Assembly: GCA_963832525.1 (NCBI GenBank)
Contig: CAWHUC010000002.1
Span: 5,563 to 69,562 of the forward strand
DNA: 64,000 nt
From: an uncultured Pseudomonadota bacterium
Lineage (GTDB): Bacteria > Pseudomonadota > Alphaproteobacteria > Acetobacterales > Acetobacteraceae
Direction of reading: 5' to 3'
Under the pieces are notes generated by a model. The model saw only the letters and a list, made by a program, of their open reading frames with translations, had not been told where the DNA came from and made no database searches. Positions 50,670-60,013 of this stretch are shown one piece after another. Positions within the stretch are counted from its first letter, which is position 1. Each line of letters opens with the position of its first letter. Made by a program: the position numbers and the translations under genes.

Positions 50670-52100
50670 ATGGCGCCTGTCCTGCATGACGCTCCGGCCG
50701 GGTCCCCGGCCGACGGTCCGGCCGATCCGGCGGTGACCGATCCGGCGATGGCCGGGCTCGACCCTCGGCTGGGGCGGGTACTGCTGGAAAGCCGCCAGCG
50801 CTGGCGCGATCTCGTCGGGCTCGCGGCCGATTTTGCGTTCGAAACGGATTCCGCCGGACGGTTCACCTTCGTCGTCCCGGATCCGGCGCTGGGCTGGCCG
50901 ACGGCGCTGCTGCTCGACCAGCCGGCGGAACGGCTGCTGGCGGATCCGGCCGGCGGCTTCGACCCCTTCCATCCCTCCGTCCCCCTGCGCGGCCGGCACG
51001 CCTGGCTGCGCCGGGCGGACGGGACCGTGGCGTGCCTCGCGTTCTCCTGCGCCCCCCTGCTCGATCCGGTGGGGCGGATCGTCGGCGCGCGCGGCCTCGG
51101 CATCGACGTGACCGAACAGAACCAGGCAATGGCGGAGGCCGCCGCAGCGCTGCGCCGCTCGGCGATGGTCGAACACATCCTCGCCCGCATGCGCCAGGAA
51201 GTGCTGGCCCCGCGCATGATGCGCGCGGTGCTGGAGGCGGTGCGCGGCGCGCTCGGCGCCGAGGGCGTGGCGGTGGTCGGCAGCACCGGCGAAGGCGCTG
51301 CGATCCTGCATCAGAGCGGGCACGGCGCCGAGGGCCTGCTCGACCCGGCCGCCGCGCTGATCGCCGGCGCCGAAGCCACGACCCGCGCCGCCGCCACCAT
51401 CGCCGCCGGATGCCCGCTCCTGGTCTCGACCTGCCTCACCCGCTTCGGCGAGCGCGCCGGCCTCGCGATCTGGCGTCCCGCCGGCGGCCGCGCCTGGGAC
51501 AGCGAGGAGCAGATGCTGACCGATGCTGCCGGCGGCATCGTGCGCGTGGTGCTGGAACACCAGGCGATCCAGCGCGAGATGGCGCGCCAGGCCCGCACCG
51601 ACTCGCTCACCGGCCTGCTCAACCGCCGCGCCTTCCTGGAGGAACTGGGCCGCCATATCGAGCGGCTGGACCGGGAGACGGCGCCCGGCACGATGATCTT
51701 CGTCGACCTCGACAATTTCAAGCCGGTCAACGACCGCTTCGGCCACGAGATCGGCGACCAGGTGCTGTGCCGCACCGCCGCGCTGCTGCGCCGCACGGTG
51801 CGACCCACCGATCTCGTCGCCCGGCTCGGCGGGGACGAGTTCGCGCTGTGGCTGAACGGCGCCGACCACATGACCGCGGCGGAACGCGCCGAATCACTCC
51901 GGCTCAACGCCCCTGGGGAACTCGCCGAGGTGGTCGGCGCGCCGCGTCCGCGACTCAGCCTGTCGATCGGCATCGCCACCCGCCGGGTGGACAGCGGGGA
52001 GGATATCGACAGCGTGATGCGCCGCGCCGATTTCGCGATGTTCGAAGTCAAGCGGCAGGGCCGCGGCCACTGGCGGGTGGCACCGGACGTCGAGCCGTGA
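50670..52100 (+). CDS. diguanylate cyclase (sensor domains + GGDEF)
   Basis: C-terminal RTDSLTGLLNRRAF...MIFVDLDNFKPVNDRFGHEIGDQVL...ARLGGDEFALWL...DSVMRRADFAMFEVKRQGRG; PAS/GAF-like N-terminal half. Confidence 0.85.
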   Translation: MAPVLHDAPAGSPADGPADPAVTDPAMAGLDPRLGRVLLESRQRWRDLVGLAADFAFETDSAGRFTFVVPDPALGWPTALLLDQPAERLLADPAGGFDPFHPSVPLRGRHAWLRRADGTVACLAFSCAPLLDPVGRIVGARGLGIDVTEQNQAMAEAAAALRRSAMVEHILARMRQEVLAPRMMRAVLEAVRGALGAEGVAVVGSTGEGAAILHQSGHGAEGLLDPAAALIAGAEATTRAAATIAAGCPLLVSTCLTRFGERAGLAIWRPAGGRAWDSEEQMLTDAAGGIVRVVLEHQAIQREMARQARTDSLTGLLNRRAFLEELGRHIERLDRETAPGTMIFVDLDNFKPVNDRFGHEIGDQVLCRTAALLRRTVRPTDLVARLGGDEFALWLNGADHMTAAERAESLRLNAPGELAEVVGAPRPRLSLSIGIATRRVDSGEDIDSVMRRADFAMFEVKRQGRGHWRVAPDVEP

Positions 52101-52124
52101 GCGCGGCCTGGGCATGAGCGCAGC

Positions 52125-53363
52125 ATGGGCATGAACGCGGCGGCGGGCATGAGCGCGATCATGGAACCGTTCGACGAAGCCGCGCGGGTGCGGCTCGGCA
52201 GCGGCAGCGGGACGCCGGCTGCCGAACTGGAACGGCTGGCGGCTGATCCGGCCGTGCTGGTGCGCGCCGCCCTGGCGCTCAATCCCGCCACCCCGCCGGC
52301 CGCGGATCGCCGCCTGGCGCAGGACCCGGACGAGCGGGTGCGCGCCCTGCTCGCGCGCAAGCTCGCCGCCCTCGCCCCGGCGCTGTCGGCCGAGGATCAG
52401 GGCCGGCTGCAGCAACAGACCTACGACACCCTGGCAATGCTGGTGGAAGACACCGCCGAGCAGGTGCGCGCGGCGATCGCCGAGGTGGTCAAGGCGATGC
52501 CGACCGCGCCGCGCAAGCTGATCCTGCGGCTCGCGCAAGACACCGCGGTGGCGGTGTGCGAGCCGGTGCTGCGCCTGTCGCCGCTGTTGACCGAGGCCGA
52601 CCTTCTGGCCCTGCTGCAGGCCAGCCCCTCGCCCGCGACGGCGCAGGCGATCGCCCGCCGCCCGTCGCTCAATGTGCGCATCGCCGACGCGATCGCCACG
52701 AGCCCGGACGCCGCCGCCATCCGTGCGCTGCTCGCCAATCCCTCCGCGCAAATTCGCGAAGCCGCGCTCGACGGGCTGATCGCGCGGGCCGCCGCGCATA
52801 CGGACTGGCACGCGCCGCTGGTGCGCCGGCCGCGGCTGCCGCCGCGCGCAGCGCGCGCGCTCGCCGGGATCGTCGCCACCCAGTTGCTCGATGAGCTCGC
52901 GCATCGCGCCGATCTGCCCGCCGACCTGACCGCCGAGCTTGCTCGGCGGCTCGATGAACGATTGCACGCGTGCACCGCAGTGCACGCGCTCGCCGAGGAG
53001 GCCCCCTCCGCTCCGGCGCTGGCGGAAGCGCAGCGGATCGCGCGCGCCGGCCGGCTGACCGAAGCCACGCTGATCGGCACCTTGCAGAACGGCGAGGCAC
53101 GGCTGGCGATGGCGCTGCTCGCGATCGCGGCGGCGACGCCGGTCGCGGCGGTGGAGCAGGCGGTCGCCTTGCGCAACGCCAAGGCGCTGGTCAGCCTCAC
53201 GTGGAAGGCCGGGTTCTCGATGGCGACGGCGATCAGGCTGCAAGGCACGCTGGCCCGGCTGGGCCCGGCGGAGGTGCTGGCCGCCGGGCCGCGCGGTGGC
53301 TTCCCGCTCGCCGTCGAGGAGATGCACTGGCAGCTCGACATGCTGCGCGGCGGCAGGCCATGA
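52125..53363 (+). CDS. DUF2336 domain-containing protein
   Basis: Ala/Leu-rich HEAT-like repeats and a C-terminal ...NAKALVSLTWKAGFSMATAIRLQGTLARL segment, characteristic of alphaproteobacterial DUF2336; start uncertain (52125/52131/52149). Confidence 0.65.
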   Translation: MGMNAAAGMSAIMEPFDEAARVRLGSGSGTPAAELERLAADPAVLVRAALALNPATPPAADRRLAQDPDERVRALLARKLAALAPALSAEDQGRLQQQTYDTLAMLVEDTAEQVRAAIAEVVKAMPTAPRKLILRLAQDTAVAVCEPVLRLSPLLTEADLLALLQASPSPATAQAIARRPSLNVRIADAIATSPDAAAIRALLANPSAQIREAALDGLIARAAAHTDWHAPLVRRPRLPPRAARALAGIVATQLLDELAHRADLPADLTAELARRLDERLHACTAVHALAEEAPSAPALAEAQRIARAGRLTEATLIGTLQNGEARLAMALLAIAAATPVAAVEQAVALRNAKALVSLTWKAGFSMATAIRLQGTLARLGPAEVLAAGPRGGFPLAVEEMHWQLDMLRGGRP

Positions 53364-53369
53364 GCCCCC

Positions 53370-53428
53370 CGGTCACAGGCGATGGGATCACGGGCAATGG
53401 GATCACGGGCAATGGGATCACGGGCGAC
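53370..53428. repeat. 15-bp tandem repeat GGGATCACGGGCAAT, ~4 copies
   Basis: Copies at 53384-53398, 53399-53413 and 53414-53428, plus a degenerate copy at 53370-53383; in one frame it encodes (I)TGNG pentapeptide repeats. Confidence 0.85.
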
Positions 53429-53482
53429 GGACGCACGGACGGGACCGGCATTCCGCGTTCTTTGCCGTCGCTTAACCAAGCC

Positions 53483-53797
53483 ATGATTTTCTGCGCCGGT
53501 TCAGTGAAGGGGGTCGCCGTGTCAGCCAGTCGGCTTGTCAATCGCAACGTCATCGCCGGCAGCGGGCGGACCAGCATGCGGCTCGAGCCCGAATTGTGGG
53601 AGGCGCTGCTGGAGGTCTGCCAGCGCGAGGATCGCGACGTGCATGCGCTGATCCGCGCCGTCGACGCCTCCCGCCACGCCGGCGGGCGAACCAGCGCCGT
53701 GCGGGTATTTCTTCTGCAATATTATCGTGTTGCCGCAACCGAATCCGGCCACGCCGCCGCCGGCCACGGCCCGCACGTGGCGCGCCGGGCTGCCTGA
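53483..53797 (+). CDS. ribbon-helix-helix domain protein (COG4321-like); may start at 53359
   Basis: RNVIAGSGRTSMRLEPELWEALLEVCQREDRDVHALIRAVD...RVFLLQYYR. The same frame is open back to ATG 53359, which overlaps the DUF2336 stop (ATGA) and includes the ITGNG repeats. Confidence 0.65.
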   Translation: MIFCAGSVKGVAVSASRLVNRNVIAGSGRTSMRLEPELWEALLEVCQREDRDVHALIRAVDASRHAGGRTSAVRVFLLQYYRVAATESGHAAAGHGPHVARRAA

Positions 53798-53931
53798 ACG
53801 GCGCCCCTGCGCCTCGCGGCAGCTCGTCCGGCTCTTGCTCCCCACCGCCCGAAGCCGCGACACTGCAGGCCAGGCAGCGTCGGCGGCCACGGGCGATCCC
53901 GCACCGACCGCGGCGCGCAGGAGGAACGTCC

Positions 53932-54882
53932 ATGCAGCTCGGCTTCAACCTGCCGAACAGCGGCAAACTCACCGCCCCCGAAACCATGGCCCGGCTCGCC
54001 CGCGAAGGCGAGGCGCTGGGCTACGACTACCTCACCCTCACCGACCACGTCGTGCTCCCCGACCTTACCGTCCCCGGCTATCCGTATTCGGAAAGCGGCG
54101 AGTTCCTGTCCGGCAATCCCATGGTACGCCATGAATTACTGACCGGCATGGCCTGGGTGGCGGCGAAGACCGAGCGCATCCGCCTGGTCGCGGCCGTGCT
54201 CGTGGTGCCGCACCGCCCGGCGGTGCTGGCGGCGAAGATGCTGGCAACCATCGACGTGCTCTCGGGCGGCAGGCTCACCGTCGGCGTCGGCGCCGGCTGG
54301 CTGGAAGCCGAGTTCGATGCGGTGGTCACGACCCCCTTCGCCGCCCGCGGCGCGGTGACGGACGAATACCTGGCCGCGTTCCAGGCGCTCTGGACCGAGG
54401 ACCGGCCGCGCTTCGCCGGCACCTACGCGCGCTTCGCCGACATCGTGCTGGCGCCGAAGCCGGTGCAGCGTCCGCACCCGCCGATCTGGGTGGGCGGCGA
54501 AAGCCCGCCGGCGCTGCGCCGCGCCGCCCGGTTCGGCCAGGCCTGGTACCCGATCGGCACCAACCGTGCACATCCGTTCGACACGATGCCGCGACTGGCC
54601 GCAGGCATCGCACGGCTGCGCCGGCTCACCGCCGAGGCCGGGCGCGATCCGCAGCAGGTCACCGTCGCCTACCGGGTGAAGCGGCTGGGCGAGGGCGTGC
54701 CGGCGCGCGGTTCGGACGGCGAACGACGGCTGTTCTCGGGCGGCGAGACAGAGATTCTTGACGATCTGCGCGCCCTGGCCGGGCTCGGCGTCACCGCGGT
54801 CGACGTGGAGGTCGAGCGCGACAGCCTGGAGGCCAGCCTGCACGAACTCCGCCGGCTGCGCGCGCTGCTGGCCCGGGTCTGA
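53932..54882 (+). CDS. LLM-class F420/flavin-dependent oxidoreductase
   Basis: MQLGFNLPNSG...YDYLTLTDHVV...ATIDVLSGGRLTVGVGAGWLEAEF...PIWVGGESPPALRRAARFGQAWYP. Confidence 0.75.
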   Translation: MQLGFNLPNSGKLTAPETMARLAREGEALGYDYLTLTDHVVLPDLTVPGYPYSESGEFLSGNPMVRHELLTGMAWVAAKTERIRLVAAVLVVPHRPAVLAAKMLATIDVLSGGRLTVGVGAGWLEAEFDAVVTTPFAARGAVTDEYLAAFQALWTEDRPRFAGTYARFADIVLAPKPVQRPHPPIWVGGESPPALRRAARFGQAWYPIGTNRAHPFDTMPRLAAGIARLRRLTAEAGRDPQQVTVAYRVKRLGEGVPARGSDGERRLFSGGETEILDDLRALAGLGVTAVDVEVERDSLEASLHELRRLRALLARV

Positions 54883-55025
54883 TGGGGCCGCCGGCGGGTG
54901 AGCGCTCCGCCCCCGCGCGCGTTGCGCAACGCTTGCCGCGTGCTACATGCTGTCGGCGTCTGTTTCCCCCCGGCCCGCCATGAGACCCGTCTCCCGCCCT
55001 CCCCCGCAACCGCGGCCGACCATCG

Positions 55026-55835
55026 ATGGCTGCTCGTCGAGATCACAGGATGCGTGTCGCCTGCCGTCCCCGCCTGATCGCCGCATGTCTGTTCGTCGGG
55101 CTGCTGGCCGGCTGCGCCACCGCGCCGCCGCCCAGCCACCCCGAAGCGCGGGCCGAGTTCTACCAGACCAACGATCCGCTGGAGCCGACCAACCGCGTGC
55201 TGTACAAGGTGAACAATGCACTGGACGCAGCCGTGCTGCGCCCGGCGGCGGTGGCCTACAAGGACGCAGTGCCGGCGCCGGTGCGCACCGGGGTGCACAA
55301 CGCGCTCGGCAACCTCGCCACCCCGATCGTGCTCGGCAACGACATGCTGGAGGGCAAGCCGCAGCGCGCGGGCACCACGTTCATGCGCTTCCTCATCAAC
55401 ACGACCTTGGGCGGCCTCGGTTTCGTGGATGTGGCCAGCCGGATGGGCTACCCTGCGCACGGGGCGGATTTCGGCGAGACTCTGGCAATCTGGGGCGTGC
55501 CGGAAGGCCCGTTCCTGTTCCTGCCGCTGTTCGGGCCCACGGACCCGCGCGATGCGCTGGGCCGCGGGGTCGATATGGCGAGCGACCCGTTCGGCTGGGT
55601 CGGCGCGGGCACGGCTGTCACGGCGCTGAACTGGAGCCGGTTCGGGCTCACCGCCGTCGACGAGCGCTCGCGGGTACTGGGGGAGATCAGCTCGATCAAG
55701 CGGACCGCGCTCGATCCCTATGCGACCTTCCGCAGCCTGTATCGTCAGCACCGGCGCGCCCAGATCGCCACGATCCGGGCCGACAACCAACACACCGTCC
55801 CGGCCTGGTTCCCCGCTCCTACGACCGCGCATTGA
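55026..55835 (+). CDS. mlaA: MlaA/VacJ family lipoprotein
   Basis: Lipobox LLAGC; NDPLEPTNRVLYKVNNALD...INTTLGGLGFVDVAS...GETLAIWGVPEGPFLFLPLFGPTDPRD. Confidence 0.85.
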   Translation: MAARRDHRMRVACRPRLIAACLFVGLLAGCATAPPPSHPEARAEFYQTNDPLEPTNRVLYKVNNALDAAVLRPAAVAYKDAVPAPVRTGVHNALGNLATPIVLGNDMLEGKPQRAGTTFMRFLINTTLGGLGFVDVASRMGYPAHGADFGETLAIWGVPEGPFLFLPLFGPTDPRDALGRGVDMASDPFGWVGAGTAVTALNWSRFGLTAVDERSRVLGEISSIKRTALDPYATFRSLYRQHRRAQIATIRADNQHTVPAWFPAPTTAH

Positions 55836-55851
55836 CCGGAGAGCGATCCCC

Positions 55852-56473
55852 ATGCAGTCACGCCGCATCTTCCTCCCGCTCGCCGCCCTGCTGTTCGCGG
55901 CCTGGCCCGGCCTGGTCCGCCCGGCCCGCGCCCAATCGGCCGCGGACGCGGCAGCGGCGGTCGGCTTCATCCGCACCACCGGCCAGCACCTGGTCGGAGT
56001 CGTCAACGGTCCCGGCTCGGCGGAAGCCAAGAGCGCGGCCCTGACCCAGATCGTCGATCGCGATGTCGATGTCGACGGGATCGCCAAATTCTGCCTCGGC
56101 CGGTTCTGGCGCGTTGCCACCCAGGCCCAGCGGACCCAGTACCGAGCACCTGTTCCACCGCGTGCTGGTGCTGAACGTCACCTCCAAGATCGGCGACTAC
56201 ACCGGCGTCACCATCGCCGTCGGACGCGCGGTCCCGCGCGCGGAGGGCGTGATGGTGGCGACCACCGTCACCAGGCCGGGCCAGGCGCCGGCAGAGGTGG
56301 ACTGGCTGGTGAAGCAGATCGACGGGGCGCCGAAGATCATCGACGTGATCGCCGAGGGCACCTCCCTGCGGCTGACCCAGCGCAGCGACTACGCCTCGTA
56401 CATCAGCCGCCACAACGACAGCGTGCCGGCGCTGATCACCGCGCTGCGGGCGCAGGCGGCCCACGCCGGGTAG
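55852..56473 (+). CDS. MlaC/Ttg2D-family phospholipid-binding periplasmic protein (frame broken near 56142)
   Basis: Signal peptide MQSRRIFLPLAALLFAAWP...; DVDGIAKFCLGRFWRVATQAQRTQY, then the frame shifts to EHLFHRVLVLNVTSKIGDY...DWLVKQIDGAPKIIDVIAEGTSLRLTQRSDY. An extra C sits in CAGTAC[C]GAG. Confidence 0.75.
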
Positions 56474-57011
56474 GACCCGGCGGCGCCGCCGGCCGGCGGC
56501 TGTCGTAGAGCACCATCTCCCGTCCGTCGCGGACGAAGCGTTCGCGCTCGGTCATGCCGATGCCGCCGAGCACGGTGCGCGAGGCGACGTTGTCCTCCCG
56601 CGCGACCGCGACGATACGGGCCAGGCCGGCGCGCTCGTGGCCGAACATCAGCGCCGCACCGGCCGCTTCGCGCGCCAGCCCGCGGCCGCGCGCCTCCGGC
56701 CAGAGCGCGAAGCGGAGCGCGACGCCGCGCCCGTCCGCGCGCTCCATCAGCCCCGTCACGCCCTGGAACGTGCCGGGTTTCCCGGTGCCGGGACCGACGG
56801 TGCGGAGGGTCCACATGCCGTAGCCGCGGGCGGCCCAGAAGCCGATGTCGGCGGCGAGCTCCTCGGCCGCCTGCACGCGCGTGCGGACGCCGCCGAGCAT
56901 CACCGCGAAGACGCGTGGGTCGGATTTGAGCGCAACGAGGTCGGGCAGGTCGGTCCAGGCGACCGGGGTCAGCAGCAGGCGGCCGGTGCGGAGCGTCCAG
57001 GCGGGGCTCAT
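56436..57011 (-). CDS. GNAT family N-acetyltransferase
   Basis: RTGRLLLTPVAWTDLPDL...ALWPEARGRGLAREAAGAALMFGHERAGLARIVAVAREDNVASRTVL; convergent 38-nt overlap with the mlaC-like gene. Confidence 0.75.
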   Translation of the reverse strand: MSPAWTLRTGRLLLTPVAWTDLPDLVALKSDPRVFAVMLGGVRTRVQAAEELAADIGFWAARGYGMWTLRTVGPGTGKPGTFQGVTGLMERADGRGVALRFALWPEARGRGLAREAAGAALMFGHERAGLARIVAVAREDNVASRTVLGGIGMTERERFVRDGREMVLYDSRRPAAPPGPTRRGPPAPAAR

Positions 57012-57131
57012 GGGGGCATGGTGGCGCGGGAGACCGGCTCAAGCGGGCGGGGGCGTTGGAAGGCGGGGGCGTTGGAAGCCGCCGGGCCGGGGCCGCATCC
57101 GGGCCCGGATCGCTCCGGCGGACCGAAGGGA

Positions 57132-57482
57132 TCAGGCGGCGCGCCCGCGCAGCGCGCGCAGCGCCGCCTCCGGCTCGCGCGCGAGGATGGTCATCAGCGC
57201 GATCGTGGCGGGGTCCATTGCGACGCGGTGCTGCTCCCAGTTGCGCAAGGTGGCGACGGGGATGCGCAGCGCGTGGGCGAATTCGGACTGCGACAGGCCG
57301 ATCCGGCGGCGGATGAAGCGCGGGGAGATGATGTCTTCGTCCCGCAGTTCTTCCCCCGGGTCCTGCCCGTCCTCGATCATATGGCGGCGGATCTCCGCTT
57401 CCGTGGTCGCCTCGACCGCCGCCCGGTCGAGCCTCGGCGTCCGGACCTTGATCTGCTCGAGGGTCATCCGCGTAAGTGCCAT
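57132..57482 (-). CDS. XRE-type HTH antitoxin (YiaG/COG2944-like) partner of BrnT
   Basis: 116 aa; RRRIGLSQSEFAHALRIPVATLRNWEQHRVAMDPATIALMTIL; the ATG overlaps the 3' end of the DUF497 toxin ORF. Confidence 0.75.
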   Translation of the reverse strand: MALTRMTLEQIKVRTPRLDRAAVEATTEAEIRRHMIEDGQDPGEELRDEDIISPRFIRRRIGLSQSEFAHALRIPVATLRNWEQHRVAMDPATIALMTILAREPEAALRALRGRAA

Positions 57483-57745
57483 CGCCGTCGCTCCTTCCCG
57501 TTGGCCCGGCGCACCGAAATGATCCGATAGATGTCGCTGCGCCTGGTATAAACGACGTGGAGTTCGACGCCATCGACCAGACCGAGCGCACGAATGCGGA
57601 CTTCGCCGTAGTCGTTTCGCCGGTCCGGCCATTCGACCGTCTCGCCCTCGAATATCCGGGCGCCGTGATCGAACCCGATGCGACGCTCCCGCAGGTTTCG
57701 CAGGTGCTTCGCTTCGTCCCACTCGAACTCCGCTGGGCGGAATAT
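57464..57745 (-). CDS. BrnT-family (DUF497) toxin with no canonical start codon (ATA at 57743-57745)
   Basis: Hand translation of the minus strand: (I)FRPAEFEWDEAKHLRNLRERRIGFDHGARIFEGETVEWPDRRNDYGEVRIRALGLVDGVELHVVYTRRSDIYRIISVRRANGKERRRW. Absent from the ORF track because there is no ATG/GTG/TTG. Confidence 0.7.
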   Translation of the reverse strand: MFRPAEFEWDEAKHLRNLRERRIGFDHGARIFEGETVEWPDRRNDYGEVRIRALGLVDGVELHVVYTRRSDIYRIISVRRANGKERRRWHLRG

Positions 57746-57773
57746 ACGCTATCAGCGTAGTCTCCGCAATCCT

Positions 57774-59453
57774 TTATCGCGCCAGCGGCCGGTACTTGAT
57801 CCGGTGCGGCTCGGTCGCATCGGCGCCGAGGCGGCGGCGCTTGTCTTCCTCATACGCCTGGAAATTGCCCTCGAACCATTCCACGTGGCTGTCGCCCTCG
57901 AAGGCCAGGATATGCGTCGCCAGCCGGTCGAGGAACCAGCGATCATGGCTGATGATGACCGCGCAGCCGGCGAATTCCCCCAGCGCCTCCTCCAGCGCCC
58001 GCAACGTATCGACATCGAGATCGTTGGTCGGCTCGTCGAGCAGGATGACGTTGTGCGGCCGTTTCAGCATCTTCGCCAGATGCACCCGGTTGCGCTCCCC
58101 GCCCGAGAGAATCCCGACCCGCTTCTGCTGGTCCGCGCCCTTGAAGTTGAACGCCCCCACATAGGCGCGCGAGGCCACCGCGCGCTTGCCGAGGATGATC
58201 TGGTCCTCCCCGTCGGAGATTTCCTCCCACACCGTCTTGTTCGCATCCAGGCTGTCGCGCGACTGATCGACATAGCCGAGATCGACCGTATCGCCGATGC
58301 GCAAGGTCCCGCCGTCCGGCTGCTCCTGGCCCACGATCATGCGGAACAAGGTGGTCTTGCCGGCGCCGTTCGGCCCGATCACCCCGACGATCCCGCCCGG
58401 CGGCAGCTTGAAGTCGAGCCCGTCGATCAGCATCGTGTTGCCGTAGCCCTTGCGCAGCCCCTCGGCCTCGATCACCACGTTGCCGAGCCGGGGCCCGGGC
58501 GGGATGACGATCTCGGCGATGCCGGACACCTTGTCCTGTGACGCCGCCAGCATGTCCTCGTAGCGCTGGATGCGGGCGCGGCTTTTCGCCTGGCGGGCGC
58601 GGGGAGAGGCGGCGATCCATTCCGATTCCGCGGCAAGTGCGCGCTGGCGGGCGGATTCCTCCTTCTCCTCCTGCGCCAGGCGCTTCCGTTTCTGGGTCAG
58701 CCAGGCGGAGTAGTTGCCTTCGTACGGATAGCCCCGGCCGCGCTCGATCTCCAGGATCCAGCTCGTCACGTTGTCCAGGAAGTAGCGGTCGTGGGTGACC
58801 AGCATCACGGTGCCGGTATATTCGCGCAGGGTGTGTTCCAGCCAGGCGACGCTTTCGGCGTCCAGATGGTTGGTCGGCTCGTCGAGCAGCAGCAGGTCAG
58901 GCTTTTCCAGCAGCAGCCGGCACAGCGCCACCCGCCGCCGCTCGCCGCCCGAAAGGGTCGCGACCTTCGCCTCCGCCGGCGGGCAGCGCAGCGCATCGAG
59001 CGCGATCTCCACCCGCCGGTCGAGGTCCCAGCCGTCCCCGGCGTCGATCTTCGCCTGCAGATCGGCCTGCTCGGCCAGCAGGTCGTTCATCTTCGCCTCA
59101 TCCATCGGCTCGGCAAATTCCATCGAGATCGCGTTGAAGCGGTCGATCGCGGCTTTCAGCGCGGCGAACGCGGCTTCGACGTTCTCCCCCACCGTCTCCC
59201 CGGCATCGAGCTTCGGTTCCTGCGACAGGTAGCCGACGGTGACGCCCTCGGCAGCCCAGGCCTCACCGCCGTATTCGGTCTCGATCCCCGCCATGATCTT
59301 GAGCAGGGTCGATTTGCCGGCCCCGTTCACGCCGAGCACGCCGATCTTCACGCCGGGGAGGAACGAGAGGGTGATGCCCTTGAAGACCTCGCGCCCGCCG
59401 GGGAAGGCCTTGGTCAGGTTCTTCATCACATAGACGTACTGGTAGGCGGCCAT
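57774..59453 (-). CDS. ettA: energy-dependent translational throttle protein EttA (ABC-F ATPase)
   Basis: MAAYQYVYVMKNLTKAFPGGREVFKGITLSFLPGVKIGVLGVNGAGKSTLLKIMAG..., two ABC cassettes, LSGGERRRVAL / LSGGERNRVHL; ATG 59451-59453. Confidence 0.95.
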   Translation of the reverse strand: MAAYQYVYVMKNLTKAFPGGREVFKGITLSFLPGVKIGVLGVNGAGKSTLLKIMAGIETEYGGEAWAAEGVTVGYLSQEPKLDAGETVGENVEAAFAALKAAIDRFNAISMEFAEPMDEAKMNDLLAEQADLQAKIDAGDGWDLDRRVEIALDALRCPPAEAKVATLSGGERRRVALCRLLLEKPDLLLLDEPTNHLDAESVAWLEHTLREYTGTVMLVTHDRYFLDNVTSWILEIERGRGYPYEGNYSAWLTQKRKRLAQEEKEESARQRALAAESEWIAASPRARQAKSRARIQRYEDMLAASQDKVSGIAEIVIPPGPRLGNVVIEAEGLRKGYGNTMLIDGLDFKLPPGGIVGVIGPNGAGKTTLFRMIVGQEQPDGGTLRIGDTVDLGYVDQSRDSLDANKTVWEEISDGEDQIILGKRAVASRAYVGAFNFKGADQQKRVGILSGGERNRVHLAKMLKRPHNVILLDEPTNDLDVDTLRALEEALGEFAGCAVIISHDRWFLDRLATHILAFEGDSHVEWFEGNFQAYEEDKRRRLGADATEPHRIKYRPLAR

Positions 59454-59623
59454 GCGGCGCGGCTCCTGCGGCGGGGGATCGGGGACGGGTTGTAGGTGGC
59501 GATGCGCCCGCCCGCAACCAAGCCCACCCGGCACGCCAGGGAGATCGCATTTGGCAGGTACGCGCTGGACGCGGGCCGCCGCCGCCGCCATCATCGGCCC
59601 AACAACGAAAGGGAGCACGCGTC

Positions 59624-60013
59624 ATGTCGGTCATCACCCTGTCCAACCCGCCTGCCGTCCGTGCGCCCGCCTCGCGCTATTCCCACGCCGCCCTGGTCGA
59701 AGGCGCGCGCCGGCGGCTGGTGATCTCGGGCCAGGTCGGCGTGGAACCCGACGGCAAGGTGCCCGCGACCGGGGAAGGCCAGATCGCCCAGGCCTACGCC
59801 AACCTGCGCGCGGTGTTGGAAGCGCACGGCATGGGCATCGCCGATGTCGTCAAATCGACCGCCTTCCTCACCGACCGCGGGCTGATCCCGGCCTACCGCG
59901 CCGCCCGCGATGCGGTGTTTGCCGACCATGCCCCGGCCTCCACGCTCCTGGTCGTCGCGGGCCTCGCCGACCCGCACTGGGTGGTGGAGATCGAGGCCGA
60001 GGCGGCGCAGTGA
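59624..60013 (+). CDS. RidA/YjgF family protein
   Basis: 129 aa; SRYSHAALVEGARRRLVISGQVGVEPDGKV...VKSTAFLTD...STLLVVAGLADPHWVVEIEA. Confidence 0.8.
   Translation: MSVITLSNPPAVRAPASRYSHAALVEGARRRLVISGQVGVEPDGKVPATGEGQIAQAYANLRAVLEAHGMGIADVVKSTAFLTDRGLIPAYRAARDAVFADHAPASTLLVVAGLADPHWVVEIEAEAAQ

Noticed and set aside
47881-50736. 951-aa ORF on the + strand, the longest ORF in the window
   Set aside because: It runs through the dapB upstream region, the MFS gene (in a different frame) and antisense to tag. It has no recognisable domains, whereas the overlapped genes are well supported.
50157-51869. 570-aa ORF on the - strand
   Set aside because: It is antisense to the GGDEF protein gene, which has unmistakable motifs. 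It is a shadow ORF.
53370-53428. Possible CRISPR-like array (also checked at the CACGGAGA repeats, 43630-43730)
   Set aside because: These are pure tandem repeats with 15-bp and 8-bp periods and no unique spacers. No cas genes are present in the window.
57048-57078. 16-bp tandem duplication CGGGGGCGTTGGAAG x2 between the GNAT and HTH genes
   Set aside because: There are only two copies in a G-rich intergenic spacer and no associated structure. It was judged insignificant.
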